Below are positions 42,766 through 55,100 of a stretch of 64,000 nt of DNA, piece after piece. Source of the DNA: Paraspadella gotoi. Lineage: Eukaryota > Animalia > Chaetognatha. Under the pieces are notes generated by a model that made no database searches, had not been told where the DNA came from, and worked only from the letters and a program-made list of their open reading frames with translations. The stretch is from the NCBI GenBank assembly GCA_051294375.1, contig CM119264.1, positions 17,434,278-17,498,277 on the forward strand, in the 5' to 3' direction. The position numbers were made by a program, and so were the translations under genes. Each line of letters begins with the position of its first letter. Position 1 is the first letter of the stretch.

Positions 42766-43699
42766 TACATGGACCTGCTTCACATCAAGTTAAATTGAAA
42801 ACGTACCGGACTATTATGCAAATATTCCTTATGAAGAGAGACTTTTTAAAAAAACTTTTAATTAAAAAAATACACCATATTATTTATTCATTATATATTA
42901 CATATTATTCAATATTTATATTATTTATTTTGAGATTGGCGCATGACATTTGACATTCATAGCCTATGGACTTTTTGACAATTATTCGAAATTTGAAAAA
43001 GATGAATCAACACATACTAACTACTGTATATTTAGAAAGAGTAGATTATAAAAACATGACTCAAATTAAAACTTCTTGGTAAACATTACATAGAAATTAC
43101 GATATGTACAGCCCCGACGAATACAATAATAAGACATTGTTGCCATAAAAAAAAAATAATAACGCAAAAAATTAAGGCAAATACCAAATGACCAAAAACG
43201 ATTTCTAGAAAATGGCTCAAAGAGAATGGAGTTCTCGATATATACTAAAATATTAAAATTAAGTACTAAAATACATCACTAATTACAAGACGATTTCGTT
43301 AAAACATACTATTAACGGAGCATAATCGCAGTGTCCCATTTACAACGGCGTGATGTTTCTAAAACTATCTGGGATAGAGTCGATCCCGAAAAAATGACGT
43401 TAAGACGACGAAGTCGTGTCGCGGAGAAAAATCGAAAATAAAGTCGAGTGAAGAAGGAAAGAAAAGAAAAGCTAGGATTTCCGGAGGAAAAGAAATACGC
43501 GGAACGTCGTGGAGCAGAAGTGGAGGAGGAGGAGGAAGAGGAGGAAGAGGAGGAGCAAGAGGAAAAAAAGAGGCAGGAGGACGGCGACGAGGAGGAAGAG
43601 AAAACGTGAAACTATGAGAAAAAAAATTGGTAGAATCTGAAATAACTAATGTCGGCGATAATCGATGAAACGTAAACAACATTAAATAGATAAAACGGA

Positions 43700-44223
43700 A
43701 TCATATCTCGGACCGTTCTTGCAAAAAAAAATCTTAAAAGCATAAGGATCGTTGAAATCGCATGAGAATAATCTGGATTGACGACAAATTTTGATACTAA
43801 AAAAATAAAATTTGAGAAAAGAAAATTAATTTATAAACAGAAAGAAAAATTGGATTTTACGATTGTCAATTAAAAAAATCTTAAAAGAATAGGATCTCGC
43901 CTACCTTCAATGATGACCAAATATTGATGCGATGATAACCAAAGGATTGATGCGATGATAACCAAATGATTGATGCGATGATAATCAAATATTGATGCGA
44001 TGATAACCAATAATTGATGCGATGATAACCAAATAATCGATGTGATGATAACCAAATGATTGATGTGATAATAACCAAATGATTAATGCGATGATAGTCA
44101 TTCGTTGATGTGATGATAATCATTCATTGATACGATGATAGTCATTCATTGATGCGATGATAGTCATTCATTGACGCAATGAATCATTCATCCTCAATAA
44201 AACAAACAAATGCGTGTATGAGT

Positions 44224-44298
<75 letters not shown>

Positions 44299-45312
44299 AA
44301 AGAGAATAAATCCACGAAAATCTCGGATGTAAATTTGGGATTTTGCATTGAGAAAAAAGCGCAGAATAAATGGCGATAATAAAAGTTTTTAAAAGGAAAA
44401 AAATAATCAAAAATTTACAAAAAAAATCACGCAAGAGAGGGAGAGAGACAGAGAGAGAGAGAGACAGAGAGAGACAGAAAAAGAAAGAAAAAGACAGACA
44501 GAGACAGAGAAAGAAAGAGAGAAAGCTGCACAGCCGCTGGAAGGCAGTTGTACAATCACTGCAGAGCCTGAACTCGTTTTTAAAGGGTTCAGAGAGAATC
44601 CTCTTCTCTGATTGGTTAAGAGAGAATAAAAGGCAGAAAAGCCTTACTTGACAAGCGAGACAAGCGAGACCAGCTACTTGATCAATCCTTTTCCAATTTT
44701 AAGAAAATTCACCTTCATGAAAACTTGCTTTTTCTAATATCCAAACTACAATTTTTCGGAAATTTTATTTAATAAAAGAATGGTTTTGTTATTTTTATAT
44801 ATTTTTTTTCAATCTGAAAATATATTCAATCACACACATTCAAATTCAATAGCCTAAATTATTTGCTAGTCTTTCAATGCATATCTTCTGATAAATCAAT
44901 ACTCTCTCTTCTGCGAATAATTTATCCTTAAAACCTGTTTAACCTGCTTCGGCTTAGTTTCTTCTCAATCTGGTTTATCTTTTCGAAGACTCAGAATCCA
45001 ATGTGTTTTTAAATCAGTTTTATTTATTTTAAAATAATCAACAGTTTATGAACAAGTTAAAAAGTATTTAAATTATCACGAAGGCCAAAGGCCAAATCTC
45101 GCTTCACAAATCTGCACTTTGTTTTAAGAAAAAAAATATTTAAAAACATAATAAGTTAAAGAAAACAATATATTCTTTCCAAAAATATCAAAATAAGAAA
45201 AAAATAAAATTTAACCGAATTTAACCGTTAAAATAAAAAAATTAACGGTTAAGTTAAAAAAAATTTCACCGTTATTTATTTAATCCGGCATTGTTTGCTC
45301 AAACTTGTTTTG
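43700..45312 (+). mobile_element. 3' part of another copy of the Helentron-like family
   Basis: 44170-44430 is the reverse complement of ~14225-14570. The terminus atccggcattgtttgctcaaacttgtt at 45283-45309 matches the 3' end at 13480-13505. Confidence 0.65.
43910..44175. repeat. ~21-22 bp minisatellite (gatgataaccaaatgattgatgc-like); inverted copies at ~14540-14700 and 48810-49060
   Basis: Tandem units visible. Confidence 0.9.
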
Positions 45313-45903
45313 TCCAAATTTTAACAGTTTTTAACAATTTATTAATTTTTAATGCTGATTGTGAAGTTATCTTATATAAAAATAAATATTTTTAGTGATA
45401 AAAAGGCAGTTTGGTGATTTGTTTTGATAAAAAAAACTTATTTACTATGGTAACTATTATTTATCAACAAAGTTATCATTCATAATTTTTTTTAATAGAT
45501 TTTAAAAGGAAAACGTAATGATTATTATCCAGTATTATTATTTTTTTTTTATATTCTATTTATTCTGGTTCGTGATACATATAATACAGTATCTTATTAA
45601 TAGAAAAAATGAAGCATAAAAAATTGTTTTAATGGGAAATGAAGGATTGATAGTAAGATCCACTTTTAAATTTACCCTCTGAGGAAAATCTTTATAACAT
45701 AGAAACTATCCTTGCTAAAATATTACGAATTGATGGGGGGAAAAGTCAAGTATTTTTCTATTGCTATTAGTATGAAAAAATTTTATAACCTGATTGTTCT
45801 ACGTTTCGAATATATTACAAGTTTTTTCGTAATACTCCAGTCCCTGTACAGGATACAAAGGTTTCTGACTTTTCAAATTTTCCACAGCTAAAAAATTAGC
45901 AAA

Positions 45904-46155
45904 ATGTCGCACATTTTAAGAAGTCATCATGATCGTCGTCACTATTTCAAATTAAACTATGTGGTAAGTTCTCCTTTTCCAAACATCGACATACCAGCCA
46001 TCGACATCTTCACCTTCATGAGGACTCGCTTTCTCTATCATCCTAATGATATCCTGTTAACATCCGCATTGACGGGCGAGACCTTCACCGCTCGGAGGAT
46101 TGTCCACTTGGCCGAGAGGGTCGCCAGCGCTTTTGCCAAGAGAGGGGTTGCAAAG
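45904..46155 (+). CDS. Luciferase-like ACS exon 1 (intact copy)
   Basis: MSHILR...SSPFPNIDIP...AERVASAFAKRGVAK; donor AAG|GTGTGT. Confidence 0.9.
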
Positions 46156-49100
46156 GTGTGTTAAATATATTTTAATCAATAATTGGATGTAAAAAAAAAG
46201 TTATTAAATGTAGAAAATGAACTAACTTAAGTATCAATTAATGGAAAATATATCGAAGCAAAGAGTTATTTTTAAAAAAATTAAATTTGTTAACATAAAG
46301 GGCGACGGCGTGACGGTGATCGCATCCAACTGCGTTGAATACATTGTGACATGTATCGCGACACTTGCTTTGGGCGCCGTCTTCGCCCCAGTCTACACTT
46401 CGCTTAATGTTGCGGAACTCAGGCAACAGTCAGAATCTGCGGGGGCCAAGGTCATCGCCTGTACTTCAAATTACCTTGAAACAGCGAGAAACGTATATCG
46501 TGAATCAAGTCTCCTCAAAATTCTCGTAGTTTTTGACGAAATTGAGGAAAACGATGGTAATTTTCATTCTTAATCAATGATTTTTCTTCACTGTGATGGG
46601 ATTTTCATAGAAGCTACAAATCGAAACACAATCCCATGGCCAGGAGCTTTTAAAAAATCATAAGCAATAAAAAAACACGATGTTAGTTACAAAAAATTCT
46701 CATTTTAATGGCTATACTTCATCAGATCGTAATCTTGCTGGTTACAAGATACATGTAGAAAGTCCTGATAAACAGTGTCACACTGTGATTGACAGCCAGT
46801 TAGATTGATGTTCCTCGAACTGAGCCTAGGCAGTCCCCATATAACATTATTAATACTTTTGAATTTGAAAAAACTTTTTACCTCTCAGAAGCGATCACAT
46901 TTGCCCAACTCGCCGCCGATAATGGATCTGCCTTTGAGCGCCCGCCAGAAATCAATGTGGATTTAGACACTGCCATTTTGCAGAGCACCAGTGGCAGCAC
47001 CAGATCTCCCAAAGGCGTCATCCACACTCATCGGGCAATCGTCGCTAATGAGCTGCAACTCATGCATGAAGGATTCGGAGAATTGGAACCAGGTATGGTG
47101 GACTAAAATCCACCAACCGTTCATCAGTGGGCGTTGGTGCAGGAGGCATGTCATTTGCCTCCCAACCCTAAGGTTCAGGGTTTTAGCCCGGTGGCCGCTT
47201 AGCTGAGGGCACACTTAAACCGCCTGTAACAAAGTGTTACAGCCTGATCAAAAGCTCAAGGATTGCTTAAATATTGAACAGTTTTGTCACTGACTCATAA
47301 CAATTATTTCTGTCTCTTCAAAGGTCCTACTAAATTAAATATTAAAGAAAAACATGACAGTTTAATTATTTTATAAACAATTTTATACAGCCTGTATTAC
47401 AGCAAGTTTTTTGCTAAAAGCAAAAAAATATAATAATATTCATACAATATGTACAGTTAGTGGAATATATTATTTATATATTTATTAAAAAATTAATTCT
47501 TACGACCCAGGAGAGACCACCATGATGCAAGCCCCTCTAGCTCACGCCGGTGGACTACAATTTGCCGCCTTTCATTTCATGTTTCAACGCGCTAATAGTA
47601 TTGTTGTGCCGGACTTTGAAGTTGACCGCGATTTGGGTCTCGTAAGAAAATACAAAATGAAGTAAGCTTAATATGTTTATATTTATGTGTAATTTTTAGA
47701 TATTTACACCTACTACGATTATTTTTCATTTTAAAATAAATGTTGTTTTAGAAACCCCAGTCAAAAATAATTAAGTCATTGGTTTAATTTAATTGTTTTT
47801 TTATTAACTACAAAGAGTTTTCATTTGCACAACGAATTGATTTAAATTAAAACAAACATGTTTCGAATGTAATTTTTGATGAAGAACGAAATTACGTTCG
47901 AAACATGTCTGTTTTAATTTAAATATAATTATATTACCAACAAAAAGAAAGGAAAACCAACAATTTTATATTAACTACTTTTCAACTACAAATATTCAAA
48001 ATACTAATAAACGGACCATATAATTAAAGAAGATACAACGAAGTTAAAATGTTAAACTGTTAAATTTGAAACCAATGAAAGCTAAAGTTAAAGTTGAAAC
48101 AAAAACGTTCATAACAGAAAAATTAATTTTCAGAAAAACGTAATGGGATTAGGCTTGATCANNNNNNNNNNNNNNNNNNNNNNNNNNNNNNNNNNNNNNN
48201 NNNNNNNNNNNNNNNNNNNNNNNNNNNNNNNNNNNNNNNNNNNNNNNNNNNNNNNNNNNNNNNNNNNNNNNNNNNNNNNNNNNNNNNNNNNNNNNNNNNN
48301 NNNNNNNNNNNNNNNNNNNNNNNNNNNNNNNNNNNNNNNNNNNNNNNNNNNNNNNNNNNNNNNNNNNNNNNNNNNNNNNNNNNNNNNNNNNNNNNNNNNN
48401 NNNNNNNNNNNNNNNNNNNNNNNNNNNNNNNNNNNNNNNNNNNNNNNNNNNNNNNNNNNNNNNNNNNNNNNNNNNNNNNNNNNNNNNNNNNNNNNNNNNN
48501 NNNNNNNNNNNNNNNNNNNNNNNNNNNNNNNNNNNNNNNNNNNNNNNNNNNNNNNNNNNNNNNNNNNNNNNNNNNNNNNNNNNNNNNNNNNNNNNNNNNN
48601 NNNNNNNNNNNNNNNNNNNNNNNNNNNNNNNNNNNNNNNNNNNNNNNNNNNNNNNNNNNNNNNNNNNNNNNNNNNNNNNNNNNNNNNNNNNNNNNNNNNN
48701 NNATATTTTTTTATTTTCAATAAAAATGAATTAAAAAGAAATTTATCAAAGAAAAAATTGTAATAAATTTTTGTGTAAAGCGATNNNNNNNNNNNNNNNN
48801 NNNNNNNNNGAATGATTCATTGCTTTCCAGATGAATGACTAATCATCGCATCAATGAATGACTATCATCGTAATCAATGGAATGATTATCATCACATCAA
48901 CGAATGACTATTCATCTCTTAATCTTGGTATTATCACATCACATCATTTGGTTATCATTCACATCGATTATTTGGTTATCATCGCATCAATTTATTGGTT
49001 ATCAACGCATCAATATGATTATCATCGCATCAATCATTTGGTTGATCATCGCTCATTTTAGTCAAATTGTATCATGAAGGTAGGCCGAGATCCTATTCTT

Positions 49101-52100
49101 TAATGATTTTTTAATTTGACAATCGTTAAAATTCAATTTTCTCTGTTATAAATTAATTTTTCTTTTCTCAAATTTATTTTTTTATTTTTAGTATCAAATT
49201 TGTAAAAGTCAATCCCAGATTATTTCTCATTGCGATTTCAAACGATCCTTATGCTTTTAAGATTTTTTTTTGCAAGAACGGTCCGAGATATGATCGTTTT
49301 ATCTATTTAATGCTTGTTTACGTTTCATCGATTATCTGCCGCGAACATTAGTTATTCAGATTCTACCAATTTTTTTTCTCATAAGTTTCACGTTTTCATC
49401 TTCCTCCTTCGTCGCCGTCCTCCTGCCTCTTTTTTTTCCTCTTGCTCTCCTCTTCCTCCCTTCCTCCTCCTCCTCACTTTCTGCCTCACGGACGTTTCGC
49501 GTTATTTCTTTTCCTCCGGAAAATCCTAGCTTTTCTTTTCTTTCCTTCTTCACTCGACTTAAATTTTCGATTTTTTCTCCGCGACACGACTTCGTCGTCT
49601 TAACGTCATTTTTTCGGGATCGACTCTATCCCCAGAATTAGTTTTAGAAACATCACGCCGTTCTGTAAATGGGACACTGCGATTATGTCCTGTAATAGTA
49701 TGTATTTAAACGAAATCGGTCTTTAATTAGTATGTATTTTAGTACTTAATTTTAAATTTTAGTTTATATTATCGAGATACTCCATTCTCTTTTGAGCCAT
49801 TTTCTAGAAATCGTTTTTGGTCATTTGTATTGACCTTAATTTTCTGTATTTATGGCAACAATGTCTTATTATTGTATTATCTTCGGGGCCTGTAAATATC
49901 GTAAATTTCTAGTAATTGTGAAGTTTAATTAGTTCATGTTTATAATCTACTCTTTCTAAATAATACAGTAGTTAGGTATGATGGATTTCATTCTTTTTCA
50001 AATTTTTCGGAATAATTGTTCAAAAAGTACGTAGGCTATGAATGTCAATCATGCGCCAATCTAAAAAAATTAATAAAAGAATAATATGTAATATATAATG
50101 AATAAATAATTGGTGTATTTTTTTTAATTAAAGTTTTTTAAAAAGTCTCTCTTCCATAAGGAATATTTGCATTGTTTCCAATTTTAACTTGAGTGAGCAG
50201 GTCAATGTACAGGTGACCCTATATTCGAGACAAAACTGTCTGAACTATTTGATACACAATAATAAAATGAGTGCAAAAGTTTTTTGGGGCTTTTTACTTT
50301 TTTAAAAAATTTTTAAAGCAACTACAAGGCGTCCGTGGATCGTTTTCAAAACATTTTTGTTCGTTTTATGCTCGCGCATTTGTATTTCATACGAAAAAAG
50401 CCATACTGTTAATAATTTTGTCATTGGTCGTTTCTGAACTGACAGTTATGTCTTATCTTCAATTCTCCTTGATTTTAAGACTTTTCATCACTATCTAAAT
50501 TAGACCTATTTAATTTTTTTTCAGCGTTAGTTAAATAAATTTTAAGGAAGATTATAATTGAATATGCTTAAATTATCAAATACTTTATGTATTTCAGAGC
50601 ATTTATAAAACTACAAGTACTACAATATTCTTTAACTTTTATGGGAGATTTTAAAACTAATAAGTTAAAGAAAACAATATATTCTTTCCAAAAATATCAA
50701 AATAAGAAAAAAATAAAATTTAACCGAATTTAACCGTTAAATAAAAAAATTAACGGTTAAGTTAAAAAAAATTTCACCGTTATTTATTTAATCCGGCATT
50801 GTTTGCTCAAACTTGTTTTGTCCAAATTTTAACAGTTTTTAACAATTTATTAATTTTTAATGCTGATTGTGAAGTTATCTTATATAAAAATAAATATTTT
50901 TAGTGATAAAAAGGCAGTTTGGTGATTTGTTTTGATAAAAAAAACTTATTACTATGGTAACTATTATTTATCAACAAAGTTATCATTCATAATTTTTTTT
51001 AATAGATTTTAAAAGGAAAACGTAATGATTATTATCCAGTATTATTATTTTTTTTTATATTCTATTTATTCTGGTTCGTGATACATATAATACAGTATCT
51101 TATTAATAGAAAAAATGAAGCATAAAAAATTGTTTTAATGGGAAATGAAGGATTGATAGTAAGATCCACTTTTAAATTTACCCTCTGAGGAAAATCTTTA
51201 TAACATAGAAACTATCCTTGCTAAAATATTACGAATTGATGGGGGGAAAAGTCAAGTATTTTTCTATTGCTATTAGTATGAAAAAATTTTATAACCTGAT
51301 TGTTCTACGTTTCGAATATATTACAAGTTTTTTCGTAATACTCCAGTCCCTGTACAGGATACAAAGGTTTCTGACTTTTCAAATTTTCCACAGCTAAAAA
51401 ATTAGCAAAATGTCGCACATTTTTAGAAGTCATCATGATCGTCGTCACTATTTCAAATTAAACTATGTGGTAAGTTCTCCTTTTCCAAACATCGACATAC
51501 CAGCCATCGACATCTTACCTTCATGAGGACTCGCTTTCTCTATCATCCTAATGATATCCTGTTAACATCCGCATTGACGGGCGAGACCTTCACCGCTCGA
51601 GGATTGTCCACTTGGCCGAGAGGGTCGCCAGCGCTTTGCCAAGAGAGGGGTTGCAAAGGTGTGTTAAATATATTTTAATCAATAATTGGATGTAAAAAAA
51701 AGTTATTAAATGTAGAAAATGAACTAACTTAAGTATCAATTAATGGAAAATATATCGAAGCAAAGAGTTATTTTTAAAAAAATTAAATTTGTTAACATAA
51801 AGGGCGACGGCGTGACGGTGATCGCATCCAACTGCGTTGAATACATTGTGACATGTATCGCGACACTTGCTTTGGGCGCCGTCTTCGCCCCAGTCTACAC
51901 TTCGCTTAATGTTGCGGAACTCAGGCAAACAGTCAGAATCTGCGGGGGCCAAGGTCATCGCCTGTACTTCAAATTACCTTGAAACAGCGAGAAACGTATA
52001 TCGTGAATCAAGTCTCCTCAAAATTCTCGTAGTTTTTGACGAAATTGAGGAAAACGATGGTATTTTCATTCTTAATCATGATTTTTCTTCACTGTGATGG

Positions 52101-55100
52101 GATTTTCATAGAAGCTACAAATCGAAACACAATCCCATGGCCAGGAGCTTTTAAAAAATCATAAGCAATAAAAAAACACGATGTTAGTTACAAAAAATTC
52201 TCATTTTAATGGCTATACTTCATCAGATCGTAATCTTGCTGGTTACAAGATACATGTAGAAAGTCCGATAACAGGTTACACTGTGATTGACAGCCAGTTA
52301 GATTGATGTTCCTCGAACTGAGCCTAGGCAGTCCCCATATAACATTATTAAAACTTTTGAATTTGAAAAAAACTTTTTACCTCTCAGAAGCGATCACATT
52401 TGCCCAACTCGCCGCCGATAATGGATCTGCCTTTGAGCGCCCGCCAGAAATCAATGTGGATTTAGACACTGCCATTTTGCAGAGCACCAGTGGCAGCACC
52501 AGATCTCCCAAAGGCGTCATCCACACTCATCGGCAATCGTCGCTAATGAGCTGCAACTCATGCATGAAGGATTCGGAGAATTGGAACCAGGTATGGTGGA
52601 CTAAAATCCACCAACCGTTCATCAGTGGGCGTTGGTGCAGGAGGCATGTCATTTGCCTCCCAACCCTAAGGTTCAGGGTTTTAGCCCGGTGGCCGCTTAG
52701 CTGAGGGCACACTTAAACCGCCTGTAACAAAGTGTTACAGCCTGATCAAAAGCTCAAGGATTGCTTAAATATTGAACAGTTTTGTCACTGACTCATAACA
52801 ATTATTTCTGTCTCTTCAAAGGTCCTACTAAATTAAATATTAAAGAAAAACATGACAGTTTAATTATTTTATAAACAATTTTATACAGCCTGTATTACAG
52901 CAAGTTTTTTGCTAAAAGCAAAAAAATATAATAATATTCATACAATATGTACAGTTAGTGGAATATATTATTTATATATTTATTAAAAAATTAATTCTTA
53001 CGACCCAGGAGAGACCACCATGATGCAAGCCCCTCTAGCTCACGCCGGTGGACTACAATTTCCGCCTTTCATTTCATGTTTCAACGCGCTAATAGTATTG
53101 TGTGCCGGACTTTGAAGTTGACCGCGATTTGGTCTCGTAAGAAAATACAAAATGAAGTAAGCTTAATATGTTTATATTTATGTGTAATTTTTAGATATTT
53201 ACACCTACTACGATTATTTTTCATTTTAAAATAAATGTTGTTTAGAAACCCAGTCAAAAATAATTAAGTCATTGGTTTAATTTAATTGTTTTTTTATTAA
53301 CTACAAAGAGTTTTCATTTGCACAACGAATTGATTTAAATTAAAACAAACATGTTTCGATGTAATTTTTGATGAAGAACGAAATTACGTTCGAAACATGT
53401 CTGTTTTAATTTAAATATAATTATATTACCAACAAAAAGAAAGGAAAAACAACAATTTTATATTAACTACTTTTCAACTACAAATATTCAAAATACTAAT
53501 AAACGGACCATATAATTAAAGAAGATACAACGAAGTTAAAATGTTAAACTGTTAAATTTGAAACCAATGAAAGCTAAAGTTAAAGTTGAAAAAAAACGTT
53601 CATAACAGAAAAATTAATTTTCAGAAAAACGTAATGGGATTAGGCTTGATCACATTGATTTAATACAAATAATTAGTTCACTGCCAATGATAAAACTAAG
53701 TAAAAAAAATATTTTTTTATTTTCAATAAAAATGAATTAAAAAGAAATTTATCAAAGAAAAAATTGTAATAAATTTTTGTGTAAAGCGATGCAAGTGAAG
53801 AATAGGTGGATGCAGACAAAAGAAATTATGATAATTTTTTTTTTAAATCTAAAGATAAGACGATTTTATTTTTTAAATTTTATTCAAGATCTCAACTTCA
53901 GATTTTAATTTATATCAAATTTTAATACCAAATTAGAAAAATCTTTGCGGCTTGTTTAAGCTATAAGACAAAAATTAACACAAATTTGGCCTAAAAAATT
54001 AATGAGTTAATTTAACTCCCCAGCTACCTTTATTTGACGGCCTGGCACGCGGCATTAGTCGCTAAAGATCGTATCTCGCCAAAGCCTGATTTGAAGTCCC
54101 TCCGGACAGTCATTACAGCAGGAGCGACACTTTCGGCCGAGATCGAAGAAATGTTTCGAAGACAAACTGGAGGAGTAGGGATTCGTCAGGGCTATGGACT
54201 CACCGAGGTTTGAACGGGAATTTCAAGATGTTGAGATGTTGACGTAGGGAATTGTGCAATAAGGCGTAGTAAAATTTCAAAATTTAACTTTAATTAAAAT
54301 TCTAAGAGTGAGGAACGAACAACATTATACTAATGATCATTTAGGTACTAGAAAATTTCAAAACAGTTTTTTCTAAGATTTTTTTGCAGATTTGGATTCG
54401 TCATAAAAAGTTGATAAAAAGAAATATAACTCTTTTTGAAAAATTCCTTCATTAAGTGGGTTAAAAATTAAAAAAAGTTATATTTTTAGCTGAAAATTAG
54501 TTTTTTGTATATTAAATATAGTTTTTTAAATTTTTAACCCATTTAATGAAAGAATTTTTTAAAATGATTTATATTTTCTTTATCAACTTTTGACGAGGAA
54601 TTCAAATCTGCATTCAAAATTAAGAAAAGCCTATTTTGAAATTTTTCAATTTTTAAGGATAGTACTATATATAAATATAGCTTACTGCAAAAATTAAAAA
54701 ACAAAATTAATTTTTTTTACAAATTAATGTTCACTGATGGTATGTTGTTTATAATTGACTTTTATAATTTCACTACTCTCTATTGTGCAACTACAGTTTG
54801 TTTATAAATGATAATGGGGCAAAGACAAAAGGAGAAACATATTGATGAGCAATTGAGCATTTTTCACTTTTTAAATGTAATTGACGATAAAATGTTTCTT
54901 TTCTTTTTAATTTTATGTCCTTAGTGCGGCGGGATCGTTATTGTGCCCAAGGAGGAAAAATTTATGTATCCTGGAACGGTTGGGGTGCCGCTTCCAAATG
55001 TCGAGATTAAGGTTAAAGTGAAAAAAAAACAACAGATGGCCCTTTTCTTCAAACTTACGACACCCTTACTCTGGCTCTTAAACTACAACTTCCCTATTGC

